NCBI GenBank assembly: GCA_965153355.1
Contig: OZ231126.1
Location: 16,492,001 to 16,556,000, forward strand
DNA length: 64,000 bases
Origin: Flaccisagitta enflata
Taxonomy: Eukaryota
Direction: 5' to 3'
A program made the translations under genes and the position numbers. Below are positions 54,216 to 64,000 of the stretch, in pieces. A model generated the notes under the pieces. The model was given only the letters and a program-made list of their open reading frames with translations. It had not been told where the DNA came from and ran no database searches. Each line of letters begins with the position of its first letter. Positions within the stretch are counted from its first letter, which is position 1.

Positions 54216-55463
54216 AAAATTCTTGGGTGGGAGGCTATGAGAATCTTTTTGACCCACTTGTCGCAGACCATAGCCAAACACCTTCTTTAAATATCAGGGG
54301 AGGAAGGCGTTGTGTATAATGCCCCTCAAAAAATTCTTTTATTATTTTCCAACATTTCTCTAATATTTTTTAATATTTTTCAGAGGACAGTATTGGTGGG
54401 AGGCTATGAGAATCTTTTGACCTACTTGTTGCAGACCATGGCCAAACACCTTCTAGGTTTTTTATAGTTTTAATTGTAATTCCTAATATATTAAAAAAAT
54501 TTTTTCCTGTAATAAAGAATTTTGTAAATGATTGGGAAAACACATGATATTATTTTTTATGTCATGGCGTGTTCCTGATGATTTCTATATTCTACAAACC
54601 ATGCAGTGGAGGAAACCTTCAAGGTGTGCCCTACCTGTACTTGGGTCTTGGTGAGTATATACATGTGTATTTTTATATACAGGGCGAAACCCTTTTTTTG
54701 GGTACAGGACACCAACTGATGACCAGAAGCTGAATGGTTTGTTGTTATATTTTTATTAATTTTTATGGACATGTACAAAACCTTTTACCCCTCATGGTGA
54801 CCTATCATCCCATGATATATCTTCTCTGAAGATGAAGGCTCTTTTCCCTTTAATCACTAAGAATTAGTTATAACCTTAACCAATTTTAGTACAAATTCAC
54901 CTTTCTCCCACCCCCCTAATTAGGATTAAGGGGCTCAGCTGGGGATATGGACACCTTGGTTCCTTTTTTTCAATTAGGTAATTTTAACCAAAATTGGGTC
55001 GAGTTGATGGTCCCGATCAATGCCAGAGGACAGCTCTAACAATACCCTTGTTTTATATATACCCTATATACCCTATATACAATACCCTTGTTATATATAT
55101 TTTTCTAAAATACACATTAAATTTGGTTTTAAATAGAAGAAATATGACACATTTAGTAAAAAGTATATACCTGAGAAATTTTTATAGCGTTTCAAAAAAA
55201 CATATTCTAGGTATGTATGTGTATGTAATGGAAGCTTAAACTATATAAATGTCCATATTTCTTTCAGATTTTCTTTAAAGTTTAATGTTTCTTATTTGGA
55301 TAATTGTATGAGTTTTATATAGGATGAATTGTCGCACACATCACAATAACTTGATTGGGTATACAATGATAATGCACTAATTCAATAAGAATATCCACTA
55401 CAAATGACCCTAAAATTGTTGTGTTGTGAATAATGGCCGCCTGCAGGCGACCTTAAAGCCTAT

Positions 55464-55790
55464 CCTCATAACCACGGGGCTCATAACCGCGGGGCTCATA
55501 ACCATGGGGTACATAATCGCAGGGCATATAACTGCGGGGCTCATAACCAGGGGCTTATAATCAAGGGGCTCATAACTGCAGGGCTCATAATCATGGGGCT
55601 CATAACCATGGGGCTCATAACCACGGGGCTCATAACCAAGGGGCTCATAACCACGGGGCCCTCATCACCACAGGCCCTCATAACTACGGGACCCTCACAA
55701 CCGCGGCCCTCATAACTATGACAATCAACACCGTGACCCTTATGACCACAGTCTCATAACCGTGGCCCTCATAATCCCAGCCCTCATTAC
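55464..55790. repeat. 16-bp minisatellite (ctcataaccacgggg-like)
   Basis: Direct observation. Confidence 0.9.
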
Positions 55791-55792
55791 CT

Positions 55793-56940
55793 TGTGACAG
55801 ACTTATGGAAAGAACTGGGTGGCGTGATGGACATTTGGAGAAAACTGGGTAGTGTGACAGACATTCGGAAAAAGCTGGGTAGTTTGACGGACATTTGGAA
55901 AAAGCTGAGTGGTGTGACTGACATTCAAAGAAAACTGGGTGGTGTGACGGACATTCAGAGAAAACTGGGTGGTGTGATGGACATTTGGAAAAAGCTGAGT
56001 GGTGTGACGGACATTTGGAGAAAACTGGGTGGTGTGATGGACATTCGGAGAAAACTGGGTGGTGTGACAGACATTCGGAGAAAACTATGTAGTGTGACGG
56101 ACATTTGAAAAAAGCTGGGCAGTGACGGACATTCAGAGAAAACTGGGTGGTGTAATGGACATTTGGAGAAAACTTGGTGGTGTGACAGACATTCAGAGAA
56201 AAGTGGGTGGTGTGACGGACATTTGGTAAAAGCTGAGTGGTGTGACAGACATTCAGAGAAAACTGAGTGGTGTGACAGACATTCCCAGCAAACTGAGTGG
56301 TGTGACGGACAATTGGAAAAAGCTGAGTGGTGTGATAGACAATCACAGAAAACTGGGTGGTGTGAAGGACATTTAAAGAAAACTGGGTGGTGTGACAGAC
56401 ATTTGGAGAAAACTGGGTAGTGTTATGGACATTCGGAAAAAGCTGGGTAGTGTGACAGACATTTGGAGAAAACTGGGTAGTGTGACGGAAATTCGGAAAA
56501 AGCTGGGTAGGATGACAGACATTTGGAGAACACTGGATGTTGTGACGGACATTTGGAGAAAACTGGGTGGTGTGACGGACATTTGGAGTAACCTGGGTGG
56601 TGTGACGAACATTTAGAAAAAGCTGGGTGGTGTGACGGACATTTAGAAAAAGCTGGGTGGTGTGACGGACAATCGGAGAAAACTGGGTGGTGTGACGGAC
56701 ATTCGGAAAAAACTGGATAGTGTGACGGACATTTGGAGAAAACTGAGTGGTGTGACAGACATACGCAGAAAACTGGATAGTGTAACGGACATTCGGAGAA
56801 AACTGGATATTTGACAGACGTTCGGAAAAAGCTGGATAGTGTGACGGTCATTCAAAGAAAACTAGATAGTGTGACGGACATTGGGAGAAAACTGGATAGT
56901 GTGACGGACATTCGGAAAAAGCTGGGTAGTGTGATCGACA
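55793..56940. repeat. 30-bp minisatellite (gacatttggagaaaactgggtggtgtgacg)
   Basis: About 38 tandem units; accounts for the repetitive ORFs here. Confidence 0.92.
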
Positions 56941-57357
56941 TACACATGCAAGCACGCATGCACGCACGCATGCACGCACGCATGCACGCACCGACGAACG
57001 GACAAACGGACGGAGAAAATCCAATGATATAGTGATACACTATTGTGTTACACAATAACGCTTGGCTTGACATGGCTTTAAACCAAGAGACAGATAAAGG
57101 AGATCAAGAAAGAAAAAACAAAGAAAGCAACAAACAAACAAACAAACAAACAAACAAAGATATGAAACAAAGAGGAGGAATAAATCCATGTAGAAAAAAA
57201 AAAAGAAAAACAGAAAAAAAGAACAAAAATTGAAAGAATAAAAGAATGAAATAAAAAAAAGGGAAGATTGAGTGACAGAAAAATGTTGGAAAGGATGAAA
57301 ATCTTGTAGGGATGATATTTGCTTCTTTTGTTCTTTTACATAAAGTCCAGGATTTAA

Positions 57358-59398
57358 AGAAAAGGACTCGGCGACATTGGAAGAAAGCCTGAAAATTTGC
57401 ATACGGGGTCAGTTTTTTGTGCTGAAGAAAAAACGCGTTTTTAGTCGCGTGCACGCGACTCTAAAACCCGCTTTGTCGGTCCGTCCGTCCGTCCGTTGGT
57501 CCGTCTGTCCGTCCGTCCGTCCGTCACACTTTACTTTATTGTACTATATCGTCAACTCTTAGGTCATTTTAAGTCATTTTAAGTCATTTATTGTTATTCT
57601 AAGTCATTTTGAGTCAGTCTAAGTCATTTTAAGTCATTTTAAGTCATTTTAAGTTATTTTAAGTTATTTTTGGTTTTTTGGTTTTTTAGTCATTTTAAGT
57701 CAATTTTGGTCATTTTAGGTCATTCTAAGTCATTGAAAGTCATTCTAAGTCATTCTAAGTCATTCTTTGTCTGTAAGTCTCGCACGCGACTTATAGGTGT
57801 TGGCCTTGTTCAAAACAAGGCCGGATGCACGGCTACCCCAGTCGCGTGCGGGTGGGCAGGGGCCATAATTGAGGTCACTCCATCATTTGGGCAGGAGCAG
57901 TGAGGCCAAAAACCGCAAAAACCCAAAAAAAGTAAAGTGTGATGGACGGACGGATGGACAGACGGACGGACGGACGGACGGACGGATGGACCGACAGACA
58001 GACCGACAGAGTGGGGCGTAGAGTCGCGTAGCACGCGACTAAAAATAACTTTGGAGTTGCACTGACGCCAAACGAATCGACCGATCGCCATAAAATCTTG
58101 GGTGAAGAAAAATATGCCTTTTTTCTACTTGCATGCAAAATTTCAGCCAAATCGGTTCAGTAGAAGCGTAGATATTGTTGTTTAAAGTCTAGACCTATTT
58201 TCAATAAAAGGGCTATGTTTCAATTTTGGGGGAAAATTTGGGTTTTTTGAACTAAAAGTCTGATATTGCTTTTAATTATCTATTTTACCCCAATTTACTC
58301 TAAAAACAAAACAAAAATTGAAGAAATTCCATGTTTTTTTATATTTTTGGCAAAAAAAAAAAACCAAAAAATTGAGTTTCAGAATTAAGGCCTGATTTTT
58401 GAAAAAGGCTAGTTCTCGGAAATATGGAAATTATTGGCGCCCACTTTGGGAATCATTAGTCATCAAGTGTACCAACTTATTCCCAAACTTTCAGAAGGGT
58501 ACGTCAACTCGAAAAAACAAAAAATCGTTTTAAAATTTGAAAAAAAAAGATCCAAAAATCTTGCATTTGTGGACTTCCTGGGACATTTGGTTATGCTTCG
58601 GCCAAACACTTCAAGCGATTTGCCTAAAATTTTGTATGCAAGTCGCTATATGTAAGGGGCATATCTGAGCCAAATTTCAGCTTATTATTCAAACCTTGAA
58701 TTTTTTCATACATCAAAGAGGGTAAAAAAATGCTAAATTTTGTTATTTTTGCTTTAGACTTTGATATGTTTTTTTGTCTTTTTGGGTTAGTGAACCCCTC
58801 TGAAATTTTGGAAATAAGTTGGTACACTTGATGGCAACAGATTCACAAAGTGGGCACCATTAATTTCAATATTTTCCTTGAACTAGCCCCATTTGAAGAC
58901 CCGGCCTAAATTTTGAAACTCAATTTTTTGTTTTTATGGCCAAGAAATGAAAAAAAACACCATATTTTTTAAATTCTTTTTTTTTTTGGCTTTTTAGGTC
59001 AATTAGGATAAAATCAATGTCTGAAAATAATTTCAGACTTTTAGCTCAAAAAACCAAAATTTTACCCAACAATTGAAACAAAGCCCTTTTTTTTTTGAAA
59101 ATAGGCCTAGACTTTAAACAGCAATATCTCCGCTCCTACTGAATCGATTTTGCTGAAATTTTGCATGCAAGAAGAAAAAAGGCATATTCTTCTTCACCTC
59201 AAATTTTAAAGCGATTGGTCAATTTGTTTGGCGTCAGTGCAAGTTCAAAGTTATTTTTTTGAAAAAAAAGTGTTTTTTTTTTGTAGGGTATATCAAAAAA
59301 TCAAACGTGTACCCTGTCTAGTCTAGTCTAGTCAGCATGAAAAACTGACTCGTATGCAAATTTTCAGGCTTTCTTCCAAAGTCGCCAAGATCTATTCT
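57358..59398. mobile_element. Long foldback non-autonomous DNA element (possibly Kolobok-like) with two nested HINEs
   Basis: Inverted ends ggcgac.ttggaagaaagcctgaaaatttgcatac; long inverted arms 58040-58530 versus 58770-59255; TTAA at the left end. Confidence 0.7.
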
Positions 59399-59716
59399 TT
59401 TATTCCTTTTAGAGACTGGACTAATACTAAGACTTTTCAGGTCAAGGATAAGGTTTATGTACAGTAGATGTCGTCTAGACTTGGAAATACAAGAGAATTC
59501 ACATTGAGACAACAAATGAATACAGAGGAATAATTGTTATTTAGAATATAAACTAATAACAAGGCCGGATACACGGCCATCAGTTGCGGACGGGTGGGCA
59601 GGGGCAGAAATGCGCATTTTCACATTTTTCGACTCGTGCTCACCAACGGACCGACCGACGGACCAACCGACGGACGGACGGACAAAGGCTCTTATAGAGT
59701 TGCGTGTCCGCAACTA

Positions 59717-60107
59717 AAAAGATGCTTTATTGACAATGGGTGTTGGTTGCCATGGAAACACATTTCCATGTATTCCTGCTAGAATATCAATACTTTGGAA
59801 AATTTTTTTGAAGGAACATTATTTAAAATCAAATTTGCTACAACTTTCCCACAGTATGTTCTGTAAGAATGTTGCTCGTTAAGCTGTTGCTAGGGAGCGT
59901 AACTATGTATGACAGCCCTGTGATGCTCCCTAGCAACCGCTAAACCAGCAATATTCTTACAGAACATATTGTGGGAAAGTTGTAGCAAATTTGATTTTAA
60001 ACAATGTCGCCTAAACAAAATTTCTCAACGTATTGATATTTCAGCAGGGAAACATTGAAATGTGTTTCCAAAGCAACCAACACCCATCGTCAATAAAGCA
60101 TCCTTTT
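59717..60107. mobile_element. Palindromic MITE
   Basis: ~190-bp inverted arms (gatgctttattgac.atgggtgttggttgc ... gcaaccaacacccatcgtcaataaagcatc). Confidence 0.85.
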
Positions 60108-60262
60108 ATAAGTTTATATTCCAAATATCAGTCTTTTATGTTTATTTGTTTTCTCAATATGAATTCCCCCATATTTCCAAGTCTAGGCGACATCTACTGT
60201 AAACGAGCATGAACACGAATGTTTCAGGGAACACGCGCATTCGAATCCACTCATGAATTTTA

Positions 60263-60677
60263 TCAGATGCAGCAACATTTCGTGCGTCCTGTACGTGTCC
60301 CTGTTCGTACGTATCCCTCATCGTATTCTTGTTCTTGCGCCGAACGGTCAATATATATAATTTTTCGTTTTGGTTTTTTCTTATGGCAGCAGACACGGTG
60401 CAGAAATAACAGGCCGAGGCACACCAGAAAGATGAAAATGAAGAGATGTGCGGGGCCGGCCAGAACTAAAGCGGCCACGGCCAAATGTCGAGCTCGCGTT
60501 TTCGTTGAGATATCGTTAGGACCTCGATAGTAAAGAGCGTCAGCGAGAGATGCTCCTGCCCTTGCACCAAAAGTGACGTCATATCCGTCTTCTGTGAGTG
60601 CTCCGTGTATTGTGAACACTGTCACCAAACTACCGATCATGACGATGATGGCCAAAACAAACGATATTTTTCCTAGT
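60263..60677 (-). CDS. CD225/dispanin (IFITM/PRRT-like) membrane protein, last exon
   Basis: ggcag acceptor; RLGKISFVLAIIVMIGSLVTVF ... RTKCCCI* (TGA 60263-60265); AATAAA about 120 nt downstream. Confidence 0.82.
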
Positions 60678-60796
60678 CTGCCATAGTAAAAAAAAAAAAA
60701 ACAAGTGACGCGGGGTCACAATATTGTTACCGATAGGTTGGTCGGGGCATCCAACCCGCAGCCTCACCACCCCCCCCCCACCCCCAAGCCCCATCC

Positions 60797-60915
<119 letters not shown>

Positions 60916-61285
60916 GACCAACTGCAATCATTAATGCACGTTATTTTGCGTTTTCAACTCGAGTGTGACGGACCAACGGACCGATGGACCAACGGACCAA
61001 CGGACCAACAGACCAACGGACCAACGGACCAACGGACCGACGCAATGGATGGATAAAGCCTCATATAGAGTTGCGTGCCAGCAACTGAAAAACAAGGTGA
61101 AAAAAAAACAACAAAAAACAAAAAAAAAACAAGAGGTCATTAGCACTAGCGGTGCCAAGCTTAATGCCTGGTTTCATGCTTTTTAGTGCGGACATGACTA
61201 CTTTGAACTTGAATATATACCAGCGACAGGAACTTCAGAGTTATACGTTTAGTCGCGTACACACGAATTTAACAATTTCACGCAC

Positions 61286-61451
61286 CTTTTTGCCTTTGAG
61301 TAGGAAGAGGTGTTGAGAGAAACAACACTAAGAATCAAACCAGGCAATGAATATATGGGACTGCAGCATAGACACGTGAAAATTGACAAGCCAAGGTTGT
61401 CGTCGGCTCGGCGCACTTCAGGCACTTTCGGTGCTGTGGGCGGTGTGGGCA
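61286..61451 (-). CDS. CD225/dispanin exon
   Basis: ccacag acceptor, gtgcgt donor; DDNLGLSIFTCLCCSPIYSLPGLILSVVS...YSKAK matches the CD225 D.LGL.IF.CLCC signature; phase fits the next exon. Confidence 0.85.
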
Positions 61452-61686
61452 CTGTGGAGTAAAGTCAAAGTTGTAGTGTAGCTGTAGCTGTAGCTATAGC
61501 TGTAGCTGTAGCTGTAGTGTAGATGTAGTGCATTCAGCTATAGATGCTACCAGTAAATGAGATCATTAATCATCGACCCCCAGTTAAAATCTCATATCAA
61601 TCACCGTTAACCGTTAGTTTTTAGTTGCGGACACGCAACTCTATAAGAGGCTTTGTCCGTCCGTTGGTCCGTTGGTCCGTTGGTCC

Positions 61687-61737
<51 letters not shown>

Positions 61738-61781
61738 GTTTTCGCTAGTTAAACGTAGAACTTGCAAAAAATTTCAACTAC

Positions 61782-61841
61782 CTCTGGTTGGCTGATTGAT
61801 GTTGACTTGGAGTTCTTCAGGCACTGTGGGCGCTTCGGGCT
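61782..61841 (-). CDS. Probable Pro/Glu-rich upstream exon of the dispanin gene; start codon not located
   Basis: ccacag acceptor, gtagtt donor, 60 nt, phase 1-1, PEAPTVPEELQVNINQPTR. Confidence 0.65.
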
Positions 61842-64000
61842 CTGTGGAGTAAATTCAAAGCTGTAGTTAAAGTGCGTTTGCGATTAGCTTCTTATGCGGA
61901 TTTTTCATCTGGATATCTATATAAGACGGCAAACTTATGATGGAAAATTGAGCGTTTCACCATACTTTTTGCATCATTATCAGAACAATAATGAAACTGG
62001 ATTGCTTTCATTGGATAAATTTCTAAAAAGATACTTGGTGAGTATGATTTTATGATATTCTCACCTAAAAAGTAATTTGAACTATGCAATTCTTATGAAA
62101 ATTGAAAAAAAAGATGAAAATGATGATTTTTAGCAAATTTCTGCTTACACTTTTATCTATTTTCTGAGGTCGAAATTCTAAGAAAGCCAGGCACAGGGAA
62201 ATTTTGCATTTTGAAAAACTTAGTTCTCTCCGCAATTGATTTGGGAAGAGAACTATGTTCTTGCTTTTTGTATTTTTAGTTGAGGACACGCAACTCTATA
62301 AGAGGCTTTGTCTGTCCGTTGGTCGGTTGGTCGGTTGGTCGGTCCGTAGTGGTGATTGAGTCGAAAAGTGGGAAAACGCGCATATCTGCCCCCGCCAACC
62401 CGTCCGCAACTGGTGGCCGTGTATCCGGCCTTGTTTCATCTTCTATGCAAATTTAGAATTTCGACCAGCCTCCTGTGAGTGACCAAAAATAAAAAAAAAA
62501 GGAATTTTCAGAAATTTCTTTTTAGTATCATTGGCTTAACTTGGTCCTCTTGCTAAGTAAATGCAATTTTTTCTTTTTAACACTATATCTGACCCATCTC
62601 AATCACTTTTATTCACTTGTTTTTGCATTTTTATTCATTCATTTTTTCCATTTTGACTTTCTTTAAAACACAAATGTTGCCCTTGGGGGGATTCCGTCAT
62701 AAGGACATATTAAAAGGGAATGGTCGTTGCAACATTGCCTTAGCTCTAGTAATTACAGGGACTTTAAATCAGACTGACTTATTATAAACCTTTATAGCTG
62801 GAAAAATACTTGGAAAAAAGTTTTCAAATTTATAGTGTTTGTTGGTAATATGCTACCATTTTGTTATGCAAAATCTAAATATCAAGCAATCGATGATTGA
62901 AAGTCAGCATTACTTTGAATAAAGCTACCATTTTTGTGGCCAAGTCACTTTTCAGTAGTATTTCTTCAGAGTTAGTGTTTTGTCAGCCAGCTATTTTCAA
63001 GGTAATTGACTTAGAATGCATTGGTTGGTCAAATCAAAGATCATTGTTTAAACACCCGATAATCTACAAATGGTCTTTCAATTAAGACCAGTCTCAAGGT
63101 TCTAGGTTTATATGTATGTTTATATGTGTTGTTTGATAGTTTCTCTGTTTATATGTATTGTCAGGTAAGCTTTTTGTTTGTCAGTAGTAAAGGATAGTTG
63201 TGAGCAATCCGGAGTGGGCACCATTGAAGGCTTGCAAGGCTTTCATCCTTTGTATGTTGGAGAATTCTGGCCTCCTTTTATAAGAGCAATGTTGTTTGAA
63301 CTTTCATATGTATGGAAATCATGTGCTGATAAAGAAACAATAAGGACTCAAATGATTTGACTTTGCCTTTTATTCAACCTTTTGCTGATTTCCAACAATA
63401 AAGCACCCAATACTGAAATTTGGCATAACAAAATGGTAGCATATTACAAATATACACCAAAAATTTCAAGAGTTTTTGGGCAGCGGCCCCGAAGGGGACG
63501 AAGTCCTGTAGAACACAGGGGGACTTTCGTTCGTCCATCCGTCCGTTCGTTCGTCCGTCTCTCCGTCCGTGTGTCCCCCCCAGGCCCTCTAAGGCCTGAA
63601 ATCTGCCCTCTTAGCCCTCTCATGCCTGAAATCTGCCCTCTCAGGCCTAAAATCTGCCCTCCCAGGCCTGAAATCTGCCCTCTCAGATTCAAGGCCTGAG
63701 AGCGCAGATTTCAGGCCTGAGAGGGCAGGTAACAGGTCTGAAAGGGCAAATTTCAGGTCTGAGAGGGCAGATTCAAGGCCTGAGAGGGCAGATTTCAGCA
63801 AGCCTGTATATTCTTGAGTTTCCCCCCCCCCCCCGGTGGGGGGGGGGAAAAAAATCAAAGGGTCTGGAGATGGGGAAGAAAATCTAAGGGGGAAAAAAGA
63901 GAAAAAAAGGAAATTTGGGGAAAATATAACTTTTTACAGTACCAAATCATAAAACTCAATTAGTAGAACACAATTTAACACTATTCAAACCTTAACTACA

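Noticed and set aside
54570-54630. Hammerhead candidate CTGATGA...GAAA in the Penelope 3' region
   Set aside because: Stem I does not form and the cleavage triplet would be GUG.
55684-57032. Cys/His-rich repetitive ORFs that look like zinc fingers
   Set aside because: Open in several frames on both strands because the repeat period is 30 bp; no sign of coding constraint.

Overview
AT-rich, repeat-dense animal (invertebrate) genomic DNA in three contigs joined by two 33-N gaps (16996-17028, 38693-38725). Four partial spliced host genes are readable: AGTRAP (minus, last 3 coding exons), germ cell-less/GMCL1 (plus, first 3 exons, cut by the gap), a class A GPCR (plus, TM4-TM6 exons) and a CD225/dispanin-family gene (minus, 3 exons). 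The rest is mostly transposon-derived: many DINE-1/HINE-like elements, Tc1, hAT, Merlin-like and Kolobok-like non-autonomous elements, a CRE-clade LINE fragment, a decayed Naiad-type Penelope element, a satellite built from tandem MITEs, and minisatellites. The most striking object is a young LTR element in the GPCR intron. Its LTRs, tRNA-Asn primer-binding site and polypurine-like tract point along the minus strand. Its ~3 kb intact Bel/Pao pol fragment is on the plus strand, so the LTR-driven transcript would be antisense to pol. All calls were made by eye from recalled family motifs; no searches were run.
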